From positions 1 through 36,380 of the IMG/VR virus record IMGVR_UViG_3300049171_000069: DNA of 36,380 nucleotides. One strand, written 5' to 3'. The notes under the pieces were generated by a model. That model saw nothing but the letters and a program-made list of their open reading frames with translations. It had not been told where the DNA came from and did no database searches. Position 1 is the first letter of the stretch; the number at the start of each line of letters is the position of its first letter. This document shows, one piece after another, positions 25,575 through 34,308 of this stretch. A program made the translations under genes and the position numbers. The stretch is from a virus (lineage: Duplodnaviria > Caudoviricetes).

Positions 25575-25700
25575 GAGGAGGGTCCATCTCTCTCGTGGGC
25601 AAGTGCCGGCGCGCAGCAACGCGCCGGTGCGGTAGGGGTCGGGCGACGCGGCCGCTCCTGGGTGTTCCACCACCCGGGGAGCTGTCGTCCGGCCCCGCTT

Positions 25701-25931
25701 CTATTCGGTTGTCGTGCGGCCCGCGGCGGGCCCGTTGTTCTTGATCGCCTTGTCGACGGCGTTCCAGCTCTTCCCTAGCGCCCGGGCCACTTCGGCCACG
25801 GATCCCAGTTCGGTGACGCCATCGATCAGGGCTTCCGCTCTGCGTTTGGCGGCCTGCGACATCTGGATTCGGAACTGTTCCACCAGCTCTTCCTCCTGCC
25901 GAACGCGATCCCGCCAGGGTTTCGCTTCCAT
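25701..25931 (-). CDS. Small HTH regulator (Kor-like autorepressor candidate)
   Basis: GSVAEVARALGKSWNAVDKAI; probably leaderless from ATG 25931. Confidence 0.78.
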   Translation of the reverse strand: MEAKPWRDRVRQEEELVEQFRIQMSQAAKRRAEALIDGVTELGSVAEVARALGKSWNAVDKAIKNNGPAAGRTTTE

Positions 25932-25938
25932 CTCCCGG

Positions 25939-25968
25939 AGCGTATCCAACCCTAGGGTTGGGTTGCAA
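25939..25968 (-). promoter_or_regulatory. HrdB-type promoter with 16-bp palindromic operator in spacer
   Basis: TTGCAA-N18-TACGCT; CCAACCCTAGGGTTGG at 25946-25961. Confidence 0.75.
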
Positions 25969-25980
25969 GAGGGTGAGGGC

Positions 25981-26637
25981 TCAACACACCGTTTCCTGAG
26001 GGTGGTTGGCCGCTCGTGCGTCCTCGTCGATCAGCACCTTCAGGCCCATCCACATGGCCGGTGGGTACGACGTCTGGCACCAGCGGCAGGTCACCACCCG
26101 CTCGCCCGGCTCCAGGCGCAGCACGGCGCCACAGATCACCCCGTCCTCGAACTGAGCAGGGCAGTTCCCGATCCGTCTACCGCAATCGGGAACGGGCGGA
26201 CGGATGATCGAGCTCACCTCCCGGGCCAACTCCCGGATCTCTCCGGCAAACAGACCAGCTTCCGGCCACGACACGGCCACCCACGGCATGTGGCCGAGCA
26301 GCTCGCCGACCGTGCGCGTGATCCGCCCGGTCGGGCTACCCGTGTGCAGAACCTCGGGGCGGCCGCGGTCGTGGCGGATGGCGTCCACCCAGCTCTCCAG
26401 GGTGGCGACCATGCCGCCCCCGCTACGCATGTCGAGGATGTTCTCGTTCAGCGGGAGCGGCGGCGGGCCGCCCTTGCCGCTCCGGATGCCAGAGGTTCCG
26501 CCGGCCGGGGGCAGGAGCGCGGCGAGCCCGCCGTACAGGGTGGGCAGCGCTTCGAGGCGCACCCGGGTGGCCTTCGCGCAGCCGAGGCACAGATACCCCT
26601 CCTCGAGCGGCTCCTCGCACAGGCCGCACTGGTTCAC
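25981..26637 (-). CDS. Zn-binding protein, putative late transcription regulator
   Basis: CGLC..LCLGC N-terminus; GNCP..CGAVL..CRWC C-terminus; at end of early operon. Confidence 0.65.
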   Translation of the reverse strand: MNQCGLCEEPLEEGYLCLGCAKATRVRLEALPTLYGGLAALLPPAGGTSGIRSGKGGPPPLPLNENILDMRSGGGMVATLESWVDAIRHDRGRPEVLHTGSPTGRITRTVGELLGHMPWVAVSWPEAGLFAGEIRELAREVSSIIRPPVPDCGRRIGNCPAQFEDGVICGAVLRLEPGERVVTCRWCQTSYPPAMWMGLKVLIDEDARAANHPQETVC

Positions 26638-26927
26638 AGCAGTCCTTCCCGCCTGGCCGCGTCCTCGACGCGGTCCACGCTGTCGAGCAGGCCGAGCTCG
26701 AAGTCCCGGACCTCGGCCTGGACGAGCTCGACGAGCGTCGGCCGGCGGACGAGCGCCTCCCGCCAGTCGCAGGTGGCGTGCCGCCTCCGAGCCTGGGCGA
26801 GCGCGGCCGTGGCGGCCTGGGTGTCACGGCGGGCATCTCGGTTCTGGAAGACCACCTGTACGGCGATCATCAGGTAGGTGCCGAGCAGGAACCCCGTGGC
26901 GAGCATCTGCAACTCGGTGGTGGTCAT
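26634..26927 (-). CDS. Hypothetical membrane protein
   Basis: AAGGAGG RBS; N-terminal TM helix. Confidence 0.65.
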   Translation of the reverse strand: MTTTELQMLATGFLLGTYLMIAVQVVFQNRDARRDTQAATAALAQARRRHATCDWREALVRRPTLVELVQAEVRDFELGLLDSVDRVEDAARREGLL

Positions 26928-26957
26928 GTCGACCTCCTTCTGTGGTGTGCTGGGGCA

Positions 26958-26990
26958 CCGGCCGGGCCCGATTCCCGCGGGCCCGGCCGG
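26958..26990. promoter_or_regulatory. 13-bp perfect hairpin in early operon
   Basis: CCGGCCGGGCCCG-ATTCCCG-CGGGCCCGGCCGG. Confidence 0.55.
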
Positions 26991-26998
26991 AGCGAGGG

Positions 26999-27619
26999 CT
27001 ACGCGTCGTTCTCGAAGCGGGCTGAGCGAGCGGCGGCATAGGCGGCGACGATCTCTGGAGCGTCTCCCGCGTAGCACTTGTCGCCGTTGCAGCAGGGGGC
27101 ATCGAAGTCGGGGTACTTGGCCTTGTGGCAACCGCACAGCGTGCGGGCGGAGCGCGCGTCGAAGGTCAGATCGAAGCACCCACACCAGCGACACTTGGTC
27201 CACGCGTAGTGGTGGTCGCCGTAGGTGTGGATGTCGAAGGCTTCTCCCTGCGGGTGCCCGTGGTCGTCGATGGATTCGGGGGCAGGGATCGGGCCGACGG
27301 CCACGAAGGCACGGTCATCTGCGAGAGCCGCGAAGCGGGTGAGGCGCAGCAGGGCCTCCTTCTCGGGCTCCTGCCGGATCGCGTCGAACCAGGCCTTCTG
27401 GCCGGGGAGCCAGAAGCTCGGGAGGTGACGCCCCAGGTGCAGGTCGTCCTCAGGCTCGGCCCTGCGGTCTTCCGCCGCCGGCAGAGGGCGGAGTTCGAAC
27501 GCCTGCGGCTCGTACTCCCAGTCCGCACCGAGTGCGTCGAAGAAGACTGCCCAGCGGGCTTCGAGGCGGGTGCGGAAGTGGTAGCCGGCGTAGTGCGTGT
27601 CGGCGGGCTGGAGCGTCAC
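26999..27619 (-). CDS. PD-(D/E)XK nuclease-like phage protein, catalytic motif degenerate
   Basis: YAGYHFRTRLEARWAVFFD..WEYEP family signature; LPSFWLP and WFDAI in place of PDF/ExK. Confidence 0.75.
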   Translation of the reverse strand: MTLQPADTHYAGYHFRTRLEARWAVFFDALGADWEYEPQAFELRPLPAAEDRRAEPEDDLHLGRHLPSFWLPGQKAWFDAIRQEPEKEALLRLTRFAALADDRAFVAVGPIPAPESIDDHGHPQGEAFDIHTYGDHHYAWTKCRWCGCFDLTFDARSARTLCGCHKAKYPDFDAPCCNGDKCYAGDAPEIVAAYAAARSARFENDA

Positions 27620-27888
27620 GGGCTCTCCTTCAACGGCGGTCGGGTGGATGTCGGGCTGGCGGGCCACAACCGGGCAATGGTGGCTGCCACTTCGGGAAGC
27701 GGACCAGGGCTGCGGGTGCCGTCCGGCCAGGCGCCCGGGCCGGAGCGCGGCATGTACGCGATTGGCTCCGGCTCGGGGCGTGGTGCGGCGGCGGGGGCGA
27801 GCCCGCCGGCGAGCAGGACCAGGCGCGCGAGGTCGCCGTCGCGGCGGGCGGCCGCGATGTCCTCGGGGGTCAGCGCCGGCGTGCTCAT
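27616..27888 (-). CDS. Hypothetical protein
   Basis: Coupled to helicase; EDIAAARRDGDL, PGAWPDGT. Confidence 0.65.
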   Translation of the reverse strand: MSTPALTPEDIAAARRDGDLARLVLLAGGLAPAAAPRPEPEPIAYMPRSGPGAWPDGTRSPGPLPEVAATIARLWPASPTSTRPPLKESP

Positions 27889-29216
27889 GTAAGAGCCATG
27901 TCGACGAAGCGGGAGTAGTGCAGCTGCGAGGCGACCGTGATCGTTGCTGTCGGGCCGTTGCGGTGCTTGCCGAGGATGAGGTCCGCCTCTCCCGCGCGCT
28001 TCGACTCCTTGTCGTACGCGTCCTCACGGTGCAGAAGGATCACGATGTCGGCGTCCTGCTCGAGCGATCCCGACTCGCGAAGGTCGGACACCTGCGGCTT
28101 CTTGTCGGAGCGCTGCTCCGGTCCGCGGTTGAGCTGGGCGAGGACCACGATGGGCACTTCCAGCTCTTTGGCCATCAGCTTGATGGACCGCGACATGTCC
28201 GAGACCTCCTGCTGGCGGCTCTCGACCTTCCGCGACAGGCCGGACGTCAGCAGCTGGAGGTAGTCGATGACGACCAGGTCCAGGCCGCCGCGCTGCTTGA
28301 GCTTCCGTGCCCGGGCCTTGATCTGCATCACGGTCTGGTTCGAGGTGGCGTCGATCGTCAGTGGAGCTGTGGCGATCCGTCGGGAGTGGTCAGCGAAGCG
28401 GATCCAGTCCGTGTCCGACATCTGGCCGCCGCGGATGCGGTGCAGGCCGATCTGCGCTTCTGCGGACAGGACCCGGTGCTGGACCTCGCGGCGGCTCATC
28501 TCCAGGCTGAAGAACGCGCTTGGCCGGTTGTGCTTGATCGCGCAGGAGCGGGCCATGTCCAGTCCGAGCGTGGACTTACCCATGGCGGGCCGCCCGGCGA
28601 CGATGACGACCTGCCCGGGGTGCAGGCCGTGGGTCAGCGCGTCCAGGTCGATGATCCCGGTCGGTACGCCGAGGGCGCGGCCGTTGCGCTGCAGGTCCTC
28701 GATCTCCTGGGTGAGCTCGGCGAAGTCGTCACCGATCGGTGCTGAGTCGGGGTCTTCGCGCTCCTTCGCGGCCGCCGTGAGCTCGGCGTGTGCGGCGTCC
28801 AGGCTCTCGTTCGCGTCGCCGCCGGCGTATCCGAGCTGCACGATCTCGGTGCCGGCCCGGATGAGCCGGCGGCGCACGGCGCAGTCGTGGACGATCTCGG
28901 CGTAGTAGGCGGCGTTTGCCGCGGTCGGGGTCTGCTGGACCAGGCCGTGAACGGTGGCAGGTCCGCCGACGCGCTCCAGGTCGCCCTGCTCGCGAAGGTA
29001 GTTGGTGACGGTGATCGGGTCGGCGGGCTCACTTCGCCCGTAGAGGTCCAGGATCGCCGCGTAGATCGTTTCGTGGTTGGGGCGGTAGAAGTCGGCGCCG
29101 TCGAGGAGTTCGGCGACGTCGGCGATGGCCTGCTTTGAGAGCAGCATGCCGCCGAGGACTGACTGTTCGGCCGCCATGTCCTGCGGCGGGGTGCGTTCGA
29201 AGTCGGTGTCGTTCAC
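27885..29216 (-). CDS. dnaB: Replicative DNA helicase (DnaB family)
   Basis: PPQD..AEQSVLGGML, AGRPAMGKS, FSLEM, IDYLQL, LAQLNR, DLRESGSLEQDAD, KHRNGP. Confidence 0.96.
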   Translation of the reverse strand: MNDTDFERTPPQDMAAEQSVLGGMLLSKQAIADVAELLDGADFYRPNHETIYAAILDLYGRSEPADPITVTNYLREQGDLERVGGPATVHGLVQQTPTAANAAYYAEIVHDCAVRRRLIRAGTEIVQLGYAGGDANESLDAAHAELTAAAKEREDPDSAPIGDDFAELTQEIEDLQRNGRALGVPTGIIDLDALTHGLHPGQVVIVAGRPAMGKSTLGLDMARSCAIKHNRPSAFFSLEMSRREVQHRVLSAEAQIGLHRIRGGQMSDTDWIRFADHSRRIATAPLTIDATSNQTVMQIKARARKLKQRGGLDLVVIDYLQLLTSGLSRKVESRQQEVSDMSRSIKLMAKELEVPIVVLAQLNRGPEQRSDKKPQVSDLRESGSLEQDADIVILLHREDAYDKESKRAGEADLILGKHRNGPTATITVASQLHYSRFVDMALT

Positions 29217-29230
29217 GGTCTTCCTCGTGC

Positions 29231-30199
29231 TCAAGCCGCAGTCGCGGCGGCCGGGTTGCAGTTGGGGCAGGGGTGGGCGTTGCCGCGGTCGTCGAAGACG
29301 CGGCGCAGGTGCGCCTGGGTCTTGGCGGCGGGCAGGCCGTCGCCGCAGTGGCCGCACCACACCGGGAGCGGCATCGTGCTGTTCGCGGCCGGCTGGGACC
29401 GCTTGGGCAGGTCACTGATGCGGCGGGGGACGACGCGCGGGTGGTCCCGTACTCCGTCGGGGTTCTTCGTCAGTTCGGCGACCAGGTCGGTGTCGAGCCG
29501 CCAGCCCTGGGCGGAGGTCATCTGAATCAGCAGTGGGGCCATGGCCTTGGCGCTGCGAGGCCCGATCGTCCACGGTGCGGGCAGGTCCTCGAGGAAGGCG
29601 GCAGCGGCAAGTGTCTGCCCGTCTTCCTGCTGCGACTTGCCTCCTCCACCAGGGGCAGCCGAGACGGATGTGACGACCGGTGTGCCCGGTGAGGAGGAGG
29701 TTGGTTGAGGGGACTGAGGAGATGGGTCCCGCGCTGGCGGGACCTTTGTGCCGCGAGCGCGGGAGCTTTGGACGCCATTGGTCCCGCCACTGCGGGAGCT
29801 TTCTTTGGTCCCGCGTGCACGGGACCTTTCGGAGCCAGACGAGGGCAGGTCGACGAGCGCCGGGCAGTCAGCCAGGCGCGGGATGCGGAACTCGAGGGCG
29901 TGGCCCTTACAGGCGTACAGCACCCGTCCGCGCTTATCGGTGACCTCCCGCCCCTCGCCGTCGCGGACCGGCTCACGAAGCTCGATTCCGGCAGCAGCAA
30001 GCTTGCCCAGCACCGCGCCGAGCTGCTTCTGGTTCGCCAGGCCGGTGCGTCGCACGACGGTGTCGAGGAGGTCCCTGCCGTATGCCCGGCGGGTTTGGTC
30101 CTTCGCCTGGTCGGCGATCTCGAGGGCGACGAGGCGCTCGCCAGACGACAGGCTGGCCGGGAGACGGTCCGCGAGCCAGCGGCGCAGCTCGTATCCCAT
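29231..30199 (-). CDS. Replication initiator (lambda O-like role)
   Basis: N-terminal winged-HTH-like region, linker containing iterons, C-terminal WCGHC..CPNC; upstream of dnaB. Confidence 0.75.
   Translation of the reverse strand: MGYELRRWLADRLPASLSSGERLVALEIADQAKDQTRRAYGRDLLDTVVRRTGLANQKQLGAVLGKLAAAGIELREPVRDGEGREVTDKRGRVLYACKGHALEFRIPRLADCPALVDLPSSGSERSRARGTKESSRSGGTNGVQSSRARGTKVPPARDPSPQSPQPTSSSPGTPVVTSVSAAPGGGGKSQQEDGQTLAAAAFLEDLPAPWTIGPRSAKAMAPLLIQMTSAQGWRLDTDLVAELTKNPDGVRDHPRVVPRRISDLPKRSQPAANSTMPLPVWCGHCGDGLPAAKTQAHLRRVFDDRGNAHPCPNCNPAAATAA
29725..29829. repeat. Four palindromic iterons, putative replication origin
   Basis: GGTCCCG-N6-CGGGA(C/G)CTTT at about 29725, 29747 (degenerate), 29780 and 29807. 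Confidence 0.75.
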
Positions 30200-30313
30200 C
30201 AGCACTTCACCGCCGCTCCGGGGGCAGGGACCCGCATGGCGGTCGCCATGCCTTGGGGTCTTCGTTGATCACGTACGGCTCTTCTCGCGCGCGTCTGTGT
30301 AGGGAAGCGGGGA

Positions 30314-30352
30314 GCGTGCCCTGCCCGGCATTGACCGCCGAGCAGGGCACGC
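30314..30352. promoter_or_regulatory. Intergenic hairpin upstream of replication genes
   Basis: GCGTGCCCTGC...GCAGGGCACGC 11-bp IR. Confidence 0.5.
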
Positions 30353-30360
30353 GCGCCGGA

Positions 30361-30741
30361 CTACCCCGTTGCCTTCGGAGAGCGGCTGATCATCTGCTCG
30401 TGGTAGGCGCGGAATGTCCGTACGTGCCGCGCGACTTCGCCGTAGAGGAACTGGCCCTCCCAGCGACCGGCCGGAGCCTCGATCTGGATGCACTCGGTAC
30501 CCAGGTAGAAGGACCGCGCGATGGCCTCGGCCAGTCCCGAGACGTGGCGCAGCGCGTCGTCACCCAGCCGCACGATGGCGGTGTGGCAGTCCTGGCGGCG
30601 CTTGGTCTGGCGCTCCAGGTCGTCGATGACGTCGCGAGCGATGGCGTACCGCCCAGTCAGCTGGACCGTGCAGACGAGACGGATCTCGACCGGGGGAAGA
30701 ACGGAGGGCTGAACGCTGCGGATCGGACGATGCGTGGTCAT
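30361..30741 (-). CDS. Hypothetical early protein
   Basis: ATGA coupling to upstream gene; AGGGGG RBS. Confidence 0.6.
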   Translation of the reverse strand: MTTHRPIRSVQPSVLPPVEIRLVCTVQLTGRYAIARDVIDDLERQTKRRQDCHTAIVRLGDDALRHVSGLAEAIARSFYLGTECIQIEAPAGRWEGQFLYGEVARHVRTFRAYHEQMISRSPKATG

Positions 30742-31055
30742 GCTGCCCCCTGAGTGGCTCGGACGACGGACGCGACGATGTCGACCTTGTGGCGCTCGCA
30801 GGCCGGGAAGTCGTAGCGCAGGTTGGGGCCGGAGTGGAGGCTGACGACGACCTTGGCGGCCGTCGGGCAACCGGCGCAGCGATACCCCTTGTTGCTGTGC
30901 GGCGAGTTGGGACCGTCGGGGCAGTCGCACCAGGTGCACCGCTCTCCGTTCGCGGCCGTGACCGCAACGGGAACCAGCGTCGGGTCGCTTGCGGCGTCGC
31001 GTGCGGCGGCGAGGGTCTGGTCGGACAGGAACGTGTCGTACGGGGTGCGCTTCAT
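30738..31055 (-). CDS. Cys/His-rich putative Zn-binding early protein
   Basis: CTWCDC, H, CAGC, CERH; AAGGAG-type RBS. Confidence 0.7.
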   Translation of the reverse strand: MKRTPYDTFLSDQTLAAARDAASDPTLVPVAVTAANGERCTWCDCPDGPNSPHSNKGYRCAGCPTAAKVVVSLHSGPNLRYDFPACERHKVDIVASVVRATQGAA

Positions 31056-31243
31056 GCCGCCTTCTCCTTCTGCCCGTTCGCCTGGTGAAAGATCACGCGC
31101 AGTCGGGCACGCTGGCCGTCGTCGAGGAGCGGCGCCTGGGCGACGATGCGGTCGACGCGCTCCCAGTAACCGGCGGGCCGGGCCGGGCGACCGGAGAGGT
31201 TGTCCTCCCCGGCCGTCGCGGTGTCCCGCTGCGGGGCGGTCAC
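31052..31243 (-). CDS. Small early protein
   Basis: YWERVDRIVAQAPLL..QRARL pattern; GGAGG RBS and GTGA coupling. Confidence 0.65.
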   Translation of the reverse strand: MTAPQRDTATAGEDNLSGRPARPAGYWERVDRIVAQAPLLDDGQRARLRVIFHQANGQKEKAA

Positions 31244-32043
31244 GGCCGGCCTCCCGCAGCGATGGCGTCGCGGAGCTGCACGAACGTCGCGCCGCTGCTC
31301 TGGCCGGACGGGATCAGGAACGTCCGCGCCCCCGCGCCGTCGGCGCCCAGCAGCACGCCTTCGGTCAGGTGGGCGGCGTTCGGCCCGTCCGCCGCCAGGA
31401 TCTGGACATCGTGCTCGGCACACAGCTTGTCCAGGCGTTCTTCGACAGGTACCAGGGGCTGGGCCAGCCAGGCGGCCTTGGCTGCAAGGTTCTCGGGGAT
31501 GTCGTCCTCGGCGATCTCGGCCACCTGGTCGCGCATCGCCCGCAGTACGGGCAGGAACTGCTCGAGGCGGGCGATGAAGACGTCGGCCTGCTCGGCGTCG
31601 AGCTCGAGCGTCTCGACGTCGATGTCGATCCAGAGCTTCGTCTCGGTGCCGAAGACGTCCGGCAGCTCGTTGAGGTGGGTGACCCGCGCCGCGAGTGCGG
31701 TGTAGCGGCCATCGCCGGGGCGGACGTCGGCGTACTCGGCCGGGGTCTCGACCTTGGCGGTCGGCCCCTGGTGCCAGCCGGGGTCGCCGTCGGTGCCGGC
31801 GTGGTCGAGGACGCACCAGGCCGGGCAGCCGAACCTGGCGATCCACTCCTGCCCGCGTTGGCTGGCGGTGGCCGAGGTAGGTCGGCTGATGCTCGCCTGT
31901 CCGGTGTCCCTGGAGTCTGTAAGAATGGGCATTGAGCTTCCGATCTGCTGGCATGCGGATTCGTTGTGCTCGACAGACGGCGTCGGGTTGCCCCCCGGCG
32001 CTGTCGTCGTTTCGGCGGCGGCAATTGCCGCGTAGCTGGTCAC
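31240..32043 (-). CDS. DUF6907-like protein (CPAWC..H..WH)
   Basis: FGCPAWCVLDHAG..WHQG; start uncertain (32043 or ATG 31932). Confidence 0.65.
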   Translation of the reverse strand: MTSYAAIAAAETTTAPGGNPTPSVEHNESACQQIGSSMPILTDSRDTGQASISRPTSATASQRGQEWIARFGCPAWCVLDHAGTDGDPGWHQGPTAKVETPAEYADVRPGDGRYTALAARVTHLNELPDVFGTETKLWIDIDVETLELDAEQADVFIARLEQFLPVLRAMRDQVAEIAEDDIPENLAAKAAWLAQPLVPVEERLDKLCAEHDVQILAADGPNAAHLTEGVLLGADGAGARTFLIPSGQSSGATFVQLRDAIAAGGRP

Positions 32044-32264
32044 GCCGTCTCCTGGGCGGGCCGAACCTTGGCCGCGAGCTCGGCGTCGAACTGGCGGATC
32101 TCCGACTCGGAGTAGAGGTAGCGGCGGCCGACCTTGACGCCCTTCGGCCCGAAGCCGATGTGCCGCCAGTAGCGGACGGTGCCGGCTGCGGTGCGGTACC
32201 GCTCGGCCACGTCGTCCGTTGTGTAGAAGCGCTCCAGCGCCTGCGGCTGGGCAGGGCTCTCCAT
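32040..32264 (-). CDS. Xis/AlpA-like HTH (Cro-like or recombination directionality candidate)
   Basis: FYTTDDVAERYRTAAGTVRYWR..GFGP..KVGRRYLY. Confidence 0.85.
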   Translation of the reverse strand: MESPAQPQALERFYTTDDVAERYRTAAGTVRYWRHIGFGPKGVKVGRRYLYSESEIRQFDAELAAKVRPAQETA

Positions 32265-32383
32265 GGGCAATCCCTTCTGGATTGACGTTCTATTCGAACG
32301 GGATCAGTCAACCAGCGCTGGACAGCTCAAGTCAATCCGAGCTAGCCTCTGATTCATGTTGAATAGCGTTGGTAGGGGTTGAG

Positions 32384-33202
32384 ATGCCGAAGAGGCCATC
32401 CCCGAGCGTGGTCGACAGTGAGAGCAACGTCGCGGCCCACGTGCAGGAGGAGCGTGAGCGACGTGGCTGGAGCACAGCCGAGCTCGCCAAGCGCGTCACG
32501 GAGGCTGGGTGCCCCCTCAGTCAGTCCGCGGTCTGGCGGATTGAGAGCGGGAACCCGCGGCGCAAGATCTCCGTCGATGAGCTCGTCGCCTTCGGCCGTG
32601 TCTTCGGGAAACGCGTAGACGAACTGCTGGCCCCGCCGTCGCTCGAGGTTCCGACGGACCTTGTGCGGCTGTACGTCAACAAATGGGTTGATGCGCGGAT
32701 GCACCTCCACCGGGTCCGGGTGCGGGTGAACATCGACCTGTCTCAGGTGCTAGCGGCCGTATGGCGGTTTCCCGCAGCGGATGCGCTGGTGCGCGAGATG
32801 ATCCACGACAGGTTGGAGCGCACCACCGGGTCTGCCCGCGGCGCCCGGGATCTGGCGCCGGAGTACGTCGCTGACTACGAAAAGATGCTCAGGCAGGTCC
32901 GTGACGCGGAAGGGCCGTATATCGGCCTGAACCCCGCTGAGATCATCGTCATGGGCCGCGAGGCAGGTAAGGCCGATCCAGTGATCTTGGCGGAGGCGGC
33001 GGAGTTGGGCGTCGAGGACGAGGTCGAAGACGCCATGCGAAACGGGGTCGTGCACTTCGTTGAACCGGAGTTCGCTGGATATCTCCCCCTCGAGTTCCTG
33101 ACCATCCATGAGGGGCGGCTCACTCGTCGACCAGAGGCTGGCCGCGCCGCCCAAGCGCTCGGGGTGTCCCTCGCGAAGGAAGCCGGCCTGACGGATCGCT
33201 AG
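32384..33202 (+). CDS. XRE-family repressor 1
   Basis: ERERRGWSTAELAKRV..LSQSAVWRIESG..ISVDELVAFG; divergent from the Xis-like gene. Confidence 0.85.
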   Translation: MPKRPSPSVVDSESNVAAHVQEERERRGWSTAELAKRVTEAGCPLSQSAVWRIESGNPRRKISVDELVAFGRVFGKRVDELLAPPSLEVPTDLVRLYVNKWVDARMHLHRVRVRVNIDLSQVLAAVWRFPAADALVREMIHDRLERTTGSARGARDLAPEYVADYEKMLRQVRDAEGPYIGLNPAEIIVMGREAGKADPVILAEAAELGVEDEVEDAMRNGVVHFVEPEFAGYLPLEFLTIHEGRLTRRPEAGRAAQALGVSLAKEAGLTDR

Positions 33203-33467
33203 CTGGCCGCCCCTTTGCCTCCGGCCCCGTGCTTGGCTTCTCGGCCAGGTACGGCCGGATTGCCTGCGCCAGTTCCTCGAGCTCCAGCACGACTGCGACG
33301 CGATGGAGTGCGTCGATGGACATCGACTTCTGCCCGCGCTCGACCTTGGACAAATGGCCAGGATCGATGCAGGCGCGTTCGGCGACCTCTCGGAGCCCAA
33401 GGCCGCGTGCTGTTCGCGCAGCACGCAGGGGCGACCTAGGTTGCACGGGTGTTGAATCACTGTGCAT
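33120..33467 (-). CDS. Small XRE HTH (Cro-like)
   Basis: LRAARTARGLGLREVAERACIDPGHLSKVERG; TTGCCC-N18-TACTCT promoter 6 nt upstream of ATG. Confidence 0.8.
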   Translation of the reverse strand: MHSDSTPVQPRSPLRAARTARGLGLREVAERACIDPGHLSKVERGQKSMSIDALHRVAVVLELEELAQAIRPYLAEKPSTGPEAKGRPASDPSGRLPSRGTPRALGRRGQPLVDE

Positions 33468-33569
33468 GGGTGAAGAGTAAGCAGGGGGCTGGCGCGTGGG
33501 CAAGCGCGAATCAACGCCCAGGCTCAGTAATCCATCACTGGTGTTGACTCTTGGCCTACAGTGGTGCGC

Positions 33570-34301
33570 ATGTCGGAGAAGGATGAGTCGGGGGCCCTGC
33601 CTCGACGAGCAGCAGTTGGGCTGACCATCAACCAAGTCGTCGCCTACAACCTGGCGCGCATCCGCAGGGCCCGGGGGTACACGCAGGACGAGGCCGCCGG
33701 GATGCTGGAGAAGGCGAGCGGCAAGAAGTGGACTGCCGCAACCTTGAGCGCGGCCGAACGAACCGTGAAGACAGGACGGTCGCGGTTCTTCGATGCGAAC
33801 GAGATCGCTACCTTTGCGCGCGTCTTCTCGGTGCCGGTTCCATATTTCTTCATGCCTGTCGAACCTGCAGCGAAAGATATGGACATCGCGTACCTTCAAG
33901 CCCGCGCCTCGGGTGAGGATGGGCCGTTGGAAGCGATGACCGAGCCGCTCTTGGATGAGCGCATGCTCCTGCACCTGGCGGTACCGCTCAGGTATCCCAA
34001 CGAAATGGTGGATCAGGCGAACCGGATCCTGCACAAGTACGGCGTGACCTGGTCACCCGACGCTCATGTGGAACTCTGGGATGAGGGAGAAGAGGCCTAC
34101 AACGACTGGCTCGTCGAGGAATATGAGAAGGAGCACCCCGATGAGCTCCCTGTCAAAGATATGGCGACTATTGTCGAATTCGCCTCCCTCATGAAGAAGC
34201 ACAAGAGTCATCACATCCTTCGAGCTCTCGCCGAAATCATGGAGGAGAAGGAAGCCAGGGGTGGGAAGAGAGACGAGCCTCTAGAAGACCCCCCCTTCTA
34301 G
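33570..34301 (+). CDS. XRE-family repressor 2
   Basis: VAYNLARIRRARGYTQDEAA..WTAATLSAAER..FDANEI; TACAGT -10 7 nt upstream. Confidence 0.85.
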   Translation: MSEKDESGALPRRAAVGLTINQVVAYNLARIRRARGYTQDEAAGMLEKASGKKWTAATLSAAERTVKTGRSRFFDANEIATFARVFSVPVPYFFMPVEPAAKDMDIAYLQARASGEDGPLEAMTEPLLDERMLLHLAVPLRYPNEMVDQANRILHKYGVTWSPDAHVELWDEGEEAYNDWLVEEYEKEHPDELPVKDMATIVEFASLMKKHKSHHILRALAEIMEEKEARGGKRDEPLEDPPF

Positions 34302-34308
34302 AACGCCG

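Noticed and set aside
29725-29829. CRISPR-like mini array
   Set aside because: Spacers are 0-10 bp, the array lies inside a CDS and there are no cas genes; iterons fit better
30200-30275. Tiny ORFs upstream of the replication initiator
   Set aside because: Only 16-21 codons with no motif; may be a deletion remnant but cannot be supported
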